From Bacilli bacterium (GTDB taxonomy: Bacteria; Bacillota_I; Bacilli_A; RFN20; CAG-826), in the NCBI GenBank assembly GCA_040396875.1, contig JBBAWZ010000006.1:1464-38203 (forward strand): a DNA stretch of 36,740 bases, in the 5' to 3' direction. The number at the start of each line of letters is the position of its first letter. Position 1 is the stretch's first letter. Below are positions 9,453 through 18,425 of the stretch, piece by piece. The notes below the pieces were generated by a model. That model searched no databases. It was given only the letters and a program-made list of their open reading frames with translations, and had not been told where the DNA came from. The position numbers and the translations under genes were made by a program.

Positions 9453-10302
9453 ATTTGGATTTTAATGTATTTAAAATCTTCAATTTTTCTTCTTGGGTGA
9501 CAAATTGTTTTTGGTTCATCACTTGATAATGTTCTCTTCGAATCACGTTTAATATTTCTCGATAGAGAACTAAACTTGCTTGTAATGAAAAACGAACATC
9601 GCTTGGGAAGAATTCAATCCAAGTTTGAGCGTCTTGATAATTGGTTTCTGCTATCTTGGCGATATCTTCCCATACGTTGATAAAGGATGGATTGACGCGT
9701 TGTGATTTTAAATCTTCGATTGAATAACCATATTTTTTCATCATTAAACTTGGTAAATAGATGCGATCACGGCGATAATCTTCACCGATATCCCGAAGGA
9801 TGTTCGTCAATTGAAATGCTCGACCTAATGAGACGGCAAAAGGTTTTAAATCTTTTTTGGAATCTGGCGCTAACATCGGTAATAACATTTTACCCACACT
9901 ACTAGCAACCAAGTCGGCATATTTAAGGAGTTGCTCCATTGATTCAATCCGCACAGGGTGGGCATCCAATTCTTGACCTTCAATCATTTCGTAAAATGGG
10001 GCAAAATAACGTTCATCAGGATAAAAACGATCTCGCGTATCGGCAAGGGCGCGCCAGCGGAATCCTTTTTTTTGATAGCCTTTTACAAAGTCATCTAATT
10101 CGCTTTTATAGCTTTGTAAGCCCTTGATGTCATGTTGCTCATCAATTAAGTCATCGACATGACGGCAAAATGCATAGACAGCGAAGATACCTTGGCGACG
10201 ATGTTTATCTTGAATGTTTGAGAAGGCTCGATAAAAAGTAGCAGAATGTTTTTTAATCACTTGTTCGCAACGCCAATGAGCGTATTGTAATCGAAGTCCC
10301 AT
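9451..10302 (-). CDS. crtM: Dehydrosqualene/phytoene synthase (CrtM/CrtB family)
   Basis: KKHSATF, VYAFCRHVDDLID, VASSVG, LGRAFQLTNILRDIGED..RDRIYLP. Family call is firm; CrtM versus CrtB is inferred from the partner gene. Confidence 0.8.
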   Translation of the reverse strand: MGLRLQYAHWRCEQVIKKHSATFYRAFSNIQDKHRRQGIFAVYAFCRHVDDLIDEQHDIKGLQSYKSELDDFVKGYQKKGFRWRALADTRDRFYPDERYFAPFYEMIEGQELDAHPVRIESMEQLLKYADLVASSVGKMLLPMLAPDSKKDLKPFAVSLGRAFQLTNILRDIGEDYRRDRIYLPSLMMKKYGYSIEDLKSQRVNPSFINVWEDIAKIAETNYQDAQTWIEFFPSDVRFSLQASLVLYREILNVIRREHYQVMNQKQFVTQEEKLKILNTLKSK

Positions 10303-11787
10303 TTATTTAATTTCTTTCATGATCGTATCAACTGCAATTTTTGCTGATTTCATCACAATGGGAATCCCCGCACCTGGATGCGTACTAGTCCCGGCAAAAT
10401 ATAATTGCTCAACTTTTAATGCTTTGACTTGAGGGCGAAAGAAATTACTTTGAAATAGAATCGGTTTAAATCCAAAGGTTGCAGCATATTGTAAATTAAA
10501 TTGGATTTCCCAATCTTTGGGTGTCATGATCTTTTCAACTTCAATCGATTGATCAAATTGTTCAAAACCAGGAATGGTTTTAATTCGTCCAACCATTTTG
10601 TCACGGAAATTCTTTTTCATCGTTTCATCCCAGGAAAATTGGTCATGTTCACGATTAGGTACGGGTACAAGAACATAAATAATTTCTTTCCCCTCAGGGG
10701 CAAGCGTTTTATCAATTTGTGTAGGAGAATAAATATAAAACGATGGATCTTCTGGAAGGGTTGGTTCAAATAGGTTATCAATATTCTTTTTGAAATCCTT
10801 CGCATATCGAATTTGATGGACCGTGGTATTGATTTTTTTATTTAATCCAAAATACATGATAAAACTACTCGATGAATATTCCATTTTTTGCAGTTTCTTA
10901 GGTTGATATTTACCACGATATTGGGATTCGATTAAATTGGAAACCGCATAGGGGAAATCTGCATTGACAAGCACGGCATCACTTGGAATAAATGCGTTAT
11001 TGACGATAATACCTTTTGCACGACCCGATTCAATTTTGATTGACGTTACATTTGCATTGGTGACAACTTTACCACCAAGTTCTTCAAAACGTTTCTGCAT
11101 GGCCTTCGCCATCGCATACATGCCACCCTTGATATACCAAATACCATAAAGCAATTCAATCATTGGAATAATCGTGTAAATGGAAGGACCGACAAAAGGA
11201 GATACCCCGATATAAAGCGTTTGAAAGGATAACGCTTGGCGAAGTTTTTCATTTTTAACAAACTTAGCAATGGATTGATATGCAGAGTTAAAAGTTCTTA
11301 GTTTGAAAGTGTTGAGAATATTTTGCCAGTTAAAAATATCTTTGCTCGACAAAAAAGACCGATCAATAAATCCTTTTCTAGCGATGTTATATCGAGCGTA
11401 AATATCGGCAAGATACGCTAAATAACCTTGGGTATCTTCCAAAGAAATTTTTTCTAATGCAGGAATAAGTTTGGTAAGGTTACTTGAAACCGTAAAAGAA
11501 GTTCCATCTTGATAGTGCAGTTGATATAAAGGATCTAAGAGCTGCATTGAAATATAATCATCGGGATTCGCACCGCTAAACTCAAATACTTCTCGGTATA
11601 TTTCTGGCATCATCACAATCGTAGGGCCTACATCAAATTGAAAACCTTTTTCTTTGAAGGAATACATTCTGCCACCCACTTGTGGATTTTTCTCATAAAT
11701 GGTGACTTGATAACCTTTGGTTTGTAAACGGATGGCACTCGCTAATCCAGCGGTACCTGCTCCAATGATCGTGATACTTTTTTTCAT
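10303..11787 (-). CDS. crtN: Diapophytoene/phytoene desaturase (CrtN-like, CrtI family)
   Basis: GAGTAG FAD motif, FDVGPTIVMMP, FQTLYIG, GPSIYTIIPMIE, IKGGMY, YVLVPVP, HPGAGIP; the GPTIVMMP, FQTLYIG and IIPMIE segments resemble staphylococcal/lactobacillal CrtN as I recall them. Confidence 0.82.
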   Translation of the reverse strand: MKKSITIIGAGTAGLASAIRLQTKGYQVTIYEKNPQVGGRMYSFKEKGFQFDVGPTIVMMPEIYREVFEFSGANPDDYISMQLLDPLYQLHYQDGTSFTVSSNLTKLIPALEKISLEDTQGYLAYLADIYARYNIARKGFIDRSFLSSKDIFNWQNILNTFKLRTFNSAYQSIAKFVKNEKLRQALSFQTLYIGVSPFVGPSIYTIIPMIELLYGIWYIKGGMYAMAKAMQKRFEELGGKVVTNANVTSIKIESGRAKGIIVNNAFIPSDAVLVNADFPYAVSNLIESQYRGKYQPKKLQKMEYSSSSFIMYFGLNKKINTTVHQIRYAKDFKKNIDNLFEPTLPEDPSFYIYSPTQIDKTLAPEGKEIIYVLVPVPNREHDQFSWDETMKKNFRDKMVGRIKTIPGFEQFDQSIEVEKIMTPKDWEIQFNLQYAATFGFKPILFQSNFFRPQVKALKVEQLYFAGTSTHPGAGIPIVMKSAKIAVDTIMKEIK

Positions 11788-11793
11788 AATTTA

Positions 11794-11799
11794 AGTCTA
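11794..11799 (-). promoter_or_regulatory. Candidate -10 box for crtN (TAGACT, 6 nt before ATG)
   Basis: Minus strand reads TAGACT-taaatt-ATG with no SD; an alternative extended -10 (TGaTAAGAT) lies slightly further upstream. Confidence 0.45.
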
Positions 11800-11838
11800 T
11801 TCAATCTTATCATAAATGACCTTAAATGTATGGTTTTA

Positions 11839-11847
11839 TGCTATGAT
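11839..11847 (+). promoter_or_regulatory. Extended -10 promoter for the photolyase (probably leaderless)
   Basis: TGcTATGAT-ttccct-ATG(11854); no SD. Confidence 0.65.
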
Positions 11848-11853
11848 TTCCCT

Positions 11854-13173
11854 ATGGATACGCTCAATTCAAGAGGTCAATTACTGAATACAATACCCAT
11901 CCAAAAGGGCCCTGTTGTCTATTGGATGAATCGTGAGATGAGATTAGAAGATAACTGGGCACTCATTTACGCTCAAACCAAAGCGGTTGAGCTTAATCAA
12001 CCTTGTATCGTTATTTTTAGTTTATTTGACCATTTTGAAAGTGCGAAGAACACAAAAGATGATCCCATGTTCACAAGAATGAAAATGGGTTTGAAGCTTG
12101 TGATTCAACAAGCCAAAGAAAAAGCTTTGCCTTTTTATGTCCTTCATGGACCAACAGTTAAAACCATACAACAATTTTTAAACCATATTCAAGCTGGATT
12201 GTTGGTGACAGATTTTTCACCTCTAAAAGAAATGAGAGCATTAAGAGAATCTCTATCAAAATCGGTTAAGATTGCCATGATAGAAGTTGACTCTCATAAC
12301 ATTATTCCGGTTCATGTGGCGAGTCAAAAGCAGGAATGGGGCGCCTATACACTTCGTCCTAAGATTCATAAATTATTACCGACTTATTTGCATGCGTTTC
12401 CAACGTGGATTAAAACCCCACCATTCGACTATAAAGGCCCGCATGATGAAACGTTTTTAAATGGTATTAAAGAAGAAATCAATCCAACATTAGCGCTTCG
12501 TCAATTTATAACGCTGCGTTTAAACCAATATGAAAACCGCAATGATCCTAATTTAGAAGCAACCAGCAGATTATCTCCATATTTTCATTTTGGGCATTTG
12601 AGTTCCCAAAGCGTTGCATTAGCCGTAAAAGCCACTGGTGGGCAGCATGAATCATTCTTAGAAGAAATGATTGTGCGAAAAGAACTTGCAGATAATTATT
12701 GTTTTTATAATCGTGAATATGATTCATTTAAGGGATTTCCTGATTGGGCTAAGAAAACATTAGATCTACACCGTAAAGATCGTCGAGAATATATGTATTC
12801 AATTGACCAATTCGCTAAAGCACAAACGCATGATGATGCATGGAACGCTGCACAAATGCAAATGGTTAAAACCGGTTATATGCATGGATACATGAGAATG
12901 TATTGGGCTAAAAAAATTCTTGAATGGACTGCCTCACCTGAAGAAGCCCTTACGATTGCAAACCAATTAAATGATCAATATGAATTAGATGGTCGTGATC
13001 CCAATGGTTATACCGGGACGGCTTGGGCTATTGGAGGCGTTCATGATAGACCTTGGCAAGAAAGACCCATTTTTGGGATGATTCGCTATATGAATGCTGC
13101 AGGGCTTAAACGTAAGTTTGATATCGGTGCATATATTCAACGTTGGTTAAATCCATCAATCATCGTAAAATAA
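11854..13173 (+). CDS. phr: Class II CPD DNA photolyase
   Basis: VVYWMNRE.R..DNWAL, SRLSPYFHFG, ELADNYC.YN, GYMHGYMRMYWAKKILEW, DGRDPNG, GGVHDRPW.ER.IFG.IRYM are class II signatures; alternative start at 11830. Confidence 0.93.
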   Translation: MDTLNSRGQLLNTIPIQKGPVVYWMNREMRLEDNWALIYAQTKAVELNQPCIVIFSLFDHFESAKNTKDDPMFTRMKMGLKLVIQQAKEKALPFYVLHGPTVKTIQQFLNHIQAGLLVTDFSPLKEMRALRESLSKSVKIAMIEVDSHNIIPVHVASQKQEWGAYTLRPKIHKLLPTYLHAFPTWIKTPPFDYKGPHDETFLNGIKEEINPTLALRQFITLRLNQYENRNDPNLEATSRLSPYFHFGHLSSQSVALAVKATGGQHESFLEEMIVRKELADNYCFYNREYDSFKGFPDWAKKTLDLHRKDRREYMYSIDQFAKAQTHDDAWNAAQMQMVKTGYMHGYMRMYWAKKILEWTASPEEALTIANQLNDQYELDGRDPNGYTGTAWAIGGVHDRPWQERPIFGMIRYMNAAGLKRKFDIGAYIQRWLNPSIIVK

Positions 13174-13177
13174 ATAT

Positions 13178-14521
13178 ATGGACATTCAATTATTTAATGG
13201 ACTTCATGATCGTTTAGAAACATTTAAACCTATCCAACCTGGAAAAGTAACGATGTATGTATGTGGACCGACGGTTTATGATTTTGTTCATATTGGTAAT
13301 CTTCGTCCCTTGGTTGTGTTTGATGTATTAAAAAAATTATTTATTGCACTGGGTTATCAAGTTCATCACGTTTCTAATTACACAGATATCGACGATCGAA
13401 TCATTGAAAAAGCGCGAAAAGAAAATGTGGATGAGGCGACCATTGCTAAGCGTTATATTCAAGCTTATCAGCAAGATGTTGCAAAAATGAATGCGCTATT
13501 GCCGGATCAAACGCCCACAGTTACCGAACATCTTCAGGCCATGATTTCCTTTATCGGTAAGTTAATTAAAGATGGTTTTGCGTATAAAACTCCTTCAGGA
13601 GATGTATTTTTCCGCGTTCATAAAATCAAACAGTACGGTCAACTTTCTCATGTTGATATTCATGAAAACAAAATTGGTGCTAGAGTTGAAGCCAATCCAG
13701 ATAAGGAAAATCCTTTTGATTTTGCTTTATGGAAACACACAACACAAGGCATTACATTTGCTGCCCCTTTTGGTGAGGGTCGTCCGGGTTGGCACACGGA
13801 ATGTGTTGTGATGATCAAAGAGACTTTTAAACAAACCCTGATTGATATTCATGGCGGTGGATTTGATTTAAAATTTCCACATCATGAAAATGAAATGGCC
13901 CAAGCCCAAGCAGCCTATCAAACTCCATTAGCAAATTACTGGTTGCATAATGGCTTTATTAATTTAAATGCTGAAAAGATGAGTAAATCAACAGGTAATA
14001 TTTTCCTTGCGAAGGATTTTTTGGCAACGTATTCTGGTCCTTTACTACGATATCTTTTACTTGCAACCCATTATCGAATGCCAGTGAATATTTCTCAATT
14101 AATCATCGATAATGCCCAGCAAGAGTTAAAGAAAATCCAAATTGGTGTTGCTCAATTGGCTTCCTTCATTCAACTTCAAGGTGGTACCATTCGTCATCAA
14201 GATGTGACTGCTCCTCAACCATTCTTGGCGGCACTTGCAGACGACATTAATACGTCAAATGCATTGACCATCCTTCATCAATTCTTAAAAGAAGCGAATG
14301 GTTTATTAAGACAATCATCAACCTCGGTAGATGTACTTCTTAACAGATTCTTTACAATTCAATCAATGTTGTCTATACTTGGTTTAGCGATTGAATTTCC
14401 GATTTTAACTGCTGATGATCGCCGGTTATACAAGGATTACTTAGAAGCAAAATCCAATCAAAACTTTGGGCGATCGGATGACATTAGAAAAATCCTTCAT
14501 AAGCGAAATATTCTCTTTTAA
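13178..14521 (+). CDS. cysS: Cysteinyl-tRNA synthetase
   Basis: YVCGPTVY, HIGN, DFALWK, GRPGWHTEC, DIHGGG.DL.FPHHENE, KMSKS. Confidence 0.98.
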   Translation: MDIQLFNGLHDRLETFKPIQPGKVTMYVCGPTVYDFVHIGNLRPLVVFDVLKKLFIALGYQVHHVSNYTDIDDRIIEKARKENVDEATIAKRYIQAYQQDVAKMNALLPDQTPTVTEHLQAMISFIGKLIKDGFAYKTPSGDVFFRVHKIKQYGQLSHVDIHENKIGARVEANPDKENPFDFALWKHTTQGITFAAPFGEGRPGWHTECVVMIKETFKQTLIDIHGGGFDLKFPHHENEMAQAQAAYQTPLANYWLHNGFINLNAEKMSKSTGNIFLAKDFLATYSGPLLRYLLLATHYRMPVNISQLIIDNAQQELKKIQIGVAQLASFIQLQGGTIRHQDVTAPQPFLAALADDINTSNALTILHQFLKEANGLLRQSSTSVDVLLNRFFTIQSMLSILGLAIEFPILTADDRRLYKDYLEAKSNQNFGRSDDIRKILHKRNILF

Positions 14522-14541
14522 AAATTTCAAGGAGTAGCTTT

Positions 14542-15282
14542 ATGAACTTACTAACTGTGACAACCATTGATCAATTACTTGTTGATTTTTTAAATCAATT
14601 GATTCCACCTTTTGGCAATTTTTTATTAAGTTTATTGTCCTTAATGATGGCAACTTTTCTCGCAGGATTAATTGGTTATGAACGTGAATATCATGGACAC
14701 TCTGCGGGCTTAAGAACCCACATTTTAGTGGCGTTAGGTTCATCCCTCATCATGCTTTTATCGATTTATGGATTTGGAGATTTTAATCTAGATCGAGACC
14801 CTGCTAGATTGGCTGCTCAAGTTATTACCGGTGTTGGTTTTATCGGTGCTGGAACCATCATTCAAAATGGTTTTGATATTAAAGGTTTGACGACTGCAAC
14901 GACCTTATGGTTAGCAATGGCGATTGGCTTAGCAGCCGGTGCTGGCCAATTTTTACTCGCTACCACAGGCTCATTAGTAGGATTATTTACCTTAACGATG
15001 TTAAGAAAGTTTGAAACATTCATCAATCGTAAAGCTCCAAAAATCTTTTTACTAGTCAAAGATAATCAACCAGTTCTCAGAAATATCCATGAATCTGCTA
15101 GAGAAGTCAAAGCTGCGATTCGCAATATCGATTCACAAATCACAACCTTTCAAGGAAATAAAGTGCTTCGTATTACCGTTACCTATGGGCAAATTAACCA
15201 TGCTACTGAACTGATGTTAGTGGAAGATTTAAAACTACGTATTAATCCAATGGAAATTACCACTTCTTTCCACATAGAATAA
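14542..15282 (+). CDS. MgtC/SapB family membrane protein
   Basis: IGYERE..GHSAGLRTH, DPARLAAQVITGVGFIGAG, GLTTA; C-terminal soluble domain; SD AAGGAG. Confidence 0.92.
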   Translation: MNLLTVTTIDQLLVDFLNQLIPPFGNFLLSLLSLMMATFLAGLIGYEREYHGHSAGLRTHILVALGSSLIMLLSIYGFGDFNLDRDPARLAAQVITGVGFIGAGTIIQNGFDIKGLTTATTLWLAMAIGLAAGAGQFLLATTGSLVGLFTLTMLRKFETFINRKAPKIFLLVKDNQPVLRNIHESAREVKAAIRNIDSQITTFQGNKVLRITVTYGQINHATELMLVEDLKLRINPMEITTSFHIE

Positions 15283-15318
15283 TTTGAGACAAATATTGGA
15301 TAGGTATTACGTATCACT

Positions 15319-16044
15319 ATGGAACAATATCGCTACGGAAAACATGCTGTAGAAGCAAGTATTCGTTCGGGTAAAGTGAAAAAGATTTTTTTAGTGTCGC
15401 ATTTTAAAGATGCTTCTATTCTTTCACTGATTCAAGCGAAAAACATCTCCGTAGAAAGGTTAGAGGATTCTCGATTAACGTCGCTGGTGCAGTCCACTCA
15501 TCATCAAGGCATCGTTGCGAGTGTGGTCCCATTTGCCTACACCGATTTAACTACCTTTTTAAAAACCATTGATACCATCTCTAATCCCTTATTAATTTTA
15601 TTGGATGGGATTGAAGATCCACTCAATTTGGGTTCTATGATTCGTACAGCAGTTGGTTTTGGTGTGCATGGCTTAATTATTAAAAAGGATAGACAGGTTG
15701 ATGTGAATGCGACTGTTGCAAAGATTGCAAGCGGCGCACTAGACTATCTACCAATCATCCAAGTTACCAACTTATCGCAAACAATTATCAGACTTAAAGA
15801 TCATCGCTTCTGGCTTGTTGCAACAGCATTAGAAGGAGCTCAAGATTATCGAAGTGTTGATTATCAAGGTCCAATCGGACTCATAATTGGTAGTGAAGGT
15901 GATGGCATTTCAAGACTGGTACTAGAACATGCTGACTTTAAAGTTAAAATACCGATTCAACATCTCAACTCGTTTAATGCTAGCACCAGTGTTGCGATTA
16001 TGCTAGGCGAAGTTTATCGACAACGTTTTCCTCTTATAAAATAA
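15319..16044 (+). CDS. rlmB: 23S rRNA (Gm2251) methyltransferase, TrmH/SpoU family
   Basis: YGKHAV, HQGIVA, LDGIEDPLNLGSMIRTA, IGSEGDG, SFNAS; conserved position before sigH. Confidence 0.9.
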   Translation: MEQYRYGKHAVEASIRSGKVKKIFLVSHFKDASILSLIQAKNISVERLEDSRLTSLVQSTHHQGIVASVVPFAYTDLTTFLKTIDTISNPLLILLDGIEDPLNLGSMIRTAVGFGVHGLIIKKDRQVDVNATVAKIASGALDYLPIIQVTNLSQTIIRLKDHRFWLVATALEGAQDYRSVDYQGPIGLIIGSEGDGISRLVLEHADFKVKIPIQHLNSFNASTSVAIMLGEVYRQRFPLIK

Positions 16045-16051
16045 TTTACTG

Positions 16052-16633
16052 ATGTCGACACTTTCTGATGATGAACTTATTTTTTTAATTCGCGGTCAAC
16101 ATCTTGAAGCATTTCAAATGCTATTAGAAAAAATGCAGCCCAAGCAGGATCGACTGATCCATAAGTTGATGTATATGCATCGATACTGTGGGGTTGATTA
16201 TGACGATTTAAAAATTGTTGCGATTCAAACCTTACTACTAGCGATTGATGCTTATCACCCCAAGAAAAATAATTTTGATGCATATTATCATTTTTTACTT
16301 CAACGAGAGTTAGTGAATGAATTAAAGCGATTTAGTTCCGATCAACATGCACCGATTAATCATGCAATTTCTTTTGATTATGAAGTTGAAGAAGGATCTT
16401 CGCTAAGTGAAATGATCGGTGAAGATGACCGCAAAATATACCAGCCATTTTCTGATCCTTTTTATCAATTATTAGAATCCGATAATCTCTCCTTAACCAT
16501 AAAAGAAAAAGCAATCATCGCATATTTAAAGTTGGGATATTCCTATACAGAAATTGCCAAGATTATGAAAGAACATTATCGCCAAATTTCAAAAATTGCC
16601 AAACGAATTCTTGAAAAATACCGTGATCAATAA
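16052..16633 (+). CDS. SigH-like alternative sigma-70 factor
   Basis: LSDDELI, DYDDL region 2-like segment, C-terminal LT.KE...GYSYTEIAK helix-turn-helix; occupies the sigH position between rlmB and rpmG. Confidence 0.8.
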   Translation: MSTLSDDELIFLIRGQHLEAFQMLLEKMQPKQDRLIHKLMYMHRYCGVDYDDLKIVAIQTLLLAIDAYHPKKNNFDAYYHFLLQRELVNELKRFSSDQHAPINHAISFDYEVEEGSSLSEMIGEDDRKIYQPFSDPFYQLLESDNLSLTIKEKAIIAYLKLGYSYTEIAKIMKEHYRQISKIAKRILEKYRDQ

Positions 16634-16642
16634 GATGAAACA

Positions 16643-16671
16643 TTGACTTTGTAAATCAGTCTTGGTATATT
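16643..16671 (+). promoter_or_regulatory. SigA promoter for rpmG-secE-nusG
   Basis: TTGACT-17 bp-TATATT with a TG extension. Confidence 0.75.
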
Positions 16672-16705
16672 CTTTACAAGCTTAGATGTAAATAGGAAAT
16701 CCCGA

Positions 16706-16858
16706 ATGAGAAAAAAAATTATTTTAATCTGCACAGTATGTCTCGCTCGGAACTACCAAACATCAAGTAAAGGTCAAGGTGTCGCCGACCAACGTTTGGC
16801 TTTAAAAAAATATTGCCCGACTTGCAATCGTTCAACCCTTCATCAAGAAAGTAAATAG
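16706..16858 (+). CDS. rpmG: 50S ribosomal protein L33, Zn-binding
   Basis: Not in the ORF track; hand-translated as MRKKIILICTVCLARNYQTSSKGQGVADQRLALKKYCPTCNRSTLHQESK. Confidence 0.93.
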   Translation: MRKKIILICTVCLARNYQTSSKGQGVADQRLALKKYCPTCNRSTLHQESK

Positions 16859-16866
16859 GTTCTCTC

Positions 16867-17064
16867 ATGAATGTAAAAAAATTCCTTCAAGAAGTAACAC
16901 GCGAATCTAAACGTATTCGCTGGCCAAAATCAGACACACTCATTTCATCCATTGTTGTGGTGATCGTGATTACGGTCTTTTCTGCTTTAGCTTTAACACT
17001 CGAAGATTTAGCGGTAGCAGAATTGCTCGGACAAATTCGCAGTGCGTTTGAATCATTAAGATAG
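16867..17064 (+). CDS. secE: Preprotein translocase SecE
   Basis: E.KRIRWP motif plus one transmembrane helix, between rpmG and nusG. Confidence 0.92.
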   Translation: MNVKKFLQEVTRESKRIRWPKSDTLISSIVVVIVITVFSALALTLEDLAVAELLGQIRSAFESLR

Positions 17065-17074
17065 GAGAATCAAT

Positions 17075-17662
17075 ATGGAAAATCCAAATCCAATTCAACC
17101 AACCGTTCCTACTGCCGTTAATGGTGATAAGCAATGGTATGTCGTCAGTGCCTATGCCAGTCATGAAAATAAAGTTGCTGACAATCTTCGTCGTCGTGTC
17201 AATTCGATGACGATGGAAAATTATATCTTTAGAATACTGGTCGTCGAACAAGAAGAAGCGGTGTTTAAAAATGGTTCTCCAACTGGAAAGAAAAAAATGC
17301 GTAATGCATATCCAGGTTATGTCTTCATCGAAATGATCATGACCGATGATTCTTGGTATGTTGTTCGTAACACCCCAGGCGTCACGGGATTCGTTGGTTC
17401 ATCGGGTGGTGGTACTAAACCGATTCCAGTCACACCAGAACAAATGGAACCAATCCTAAAGAGAATGGGCATGGTGGATGCAGGCATGTATGACCGTTAT
17501 GCTGTTGGTGATCATGTCAAAGTGATTCACGGACCGCTTGAAGGCACTGAAGGTAAAATTGTCACCATCGATAAGGCCTCAGGTCTAGTGAAGGTGGAAA
17601 CCGTTTTCTTTGGTCGCTCAACTTCAGTGGAAGTCGATTTCTCTGAAATTGAAAAAATATAA
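17075..17662 (+). CDS. nusG: Transcription factor NusG
   Basis: WYVV..Y..HE, YPGYVFIEM, VRNTPGVTGFVG, KOW domain, FFGR.T.VE. Confidence 0.97.
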   Translation: MENPNPIQPTVPTAVNGDKQWYVVSAYASHENKVADNLRRRVNSMTMENYIFRILVVEQEEAVFKNGSPTGKKKMRNAYPGYVFIEMIMTDDSWYVVRNTPGVTGFVGSSGGGTKPIPVTPEQMEPILKRMGMVDAGMYDRYAVGDHVKVIHGPLEGTEGKIVTIDKASGLVKVETVFFGRSTSVEVDFSEIEKI

Positions 17663-17680
17663 TTAAAAATTGAAGTAAAC

Positions 17681-17711
17681 AAAAAAGTTTGGGGTTAACC
17701 AAACTTTTTTT
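17681..17711. terminator. Bidirectional intrinsic terminator between nusG and ktrA
   Basis: aaaaaagtttgg-ggttaa-ccaaacttttttt, with A and T tracts on both sides between convergent genes. Confidence 0.88.
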
Positions 17712-17718
17712 ATTTAAA

Positions 17719-18414
17719 TTACTTATTTATTGAATTTGAGAAGGTAATGATATCCTTATTTTTCCCAATAACGTAGATGATATCTTTTGCCTCCACAGAC
17801 TCTTGAGCTTTAGGAATTTCAGGAATGATTCCTTCAATGTCTTCAGGTTTCGTTTTCCCTTTTGTTTTCTTGATTAACACAATGTTGATGTTAAATTTAT
17901 TTCGCCAATCGAGTTCGATTAACTTTTTTGTTTTAAAATTGACGGGGATTGTTAAAGAAGAAACTGAGTAGAAACGATCAAAAGCAAAATACTGACTTAA
18001 ATTGCTACCGGATAATTTAAAGGCTAACGAATATCCTGCATCTTCGGTAGGATGAATGATTTCATGTGCACCAATTTTGGTTAAAATCGGAGCATATTCT
18101 TCGTTATCAACTCGGACTACGATATGTTTAATTTTTAAGTCAGACAATAAAGCAGTCGTGATGATCGCATCATGTAAATTATCACCAAACGTAACAATTG
18201 CTACATCGACATTTTGTACACCCACTTCTCTTAAACTTTCGCGATTGGTGCAATCTGCTTTAAAAACGGATGCGGTCTTTTTTTCAAGCATCTTCACGCG
18301 TGCTTCGTCACGATCAATACCAATGACTTGTTGATTATTTTCAATCAAAGCGTTGGCAATACTGAGACCATATTGACCCAAACCGATCACGGCAAATGAT
18401 TTTTCTCTAGCCAT
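17719..18414 (-). CDS. ktrA: Ktr/Trk potassium uptake regulatory (RCK) subunit
   Basis: FAVIGLGQYG nucleotide-binding motif, ID.DE, L.KIGA..II.P; SD GGAGG upstream. Confidence 0.9.
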   Translation of the reverse strand: MAREKSFAVIGLGQYGLSIANALIENNQQVIGIDRDEARVKMLEKKTASVFKADCTNRESLREVGVQNVDVAIVTFGDNLHDAIITTALLSDLKIKHIVVRVDNEEYAPILTKIGAHEIIHPTEDAGYSLAFKLSGSNLSQYFAFDRFYSVSSLTIPVNFKTKKLIELDWRNKFNINIVLIKKTKGKTKPEDIEGIIPEIPKAQESVEAKDIIYVIGKNKDIITFSNSINK

Positions 18415-18425
18415 ATTGAATCCTC

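Noticed and set aside
9415-13180. Possibility that the crt-phr block is a mobile island
   Set aside because: No integrase, transposase, tRNA or flanking direct repeats are visible.
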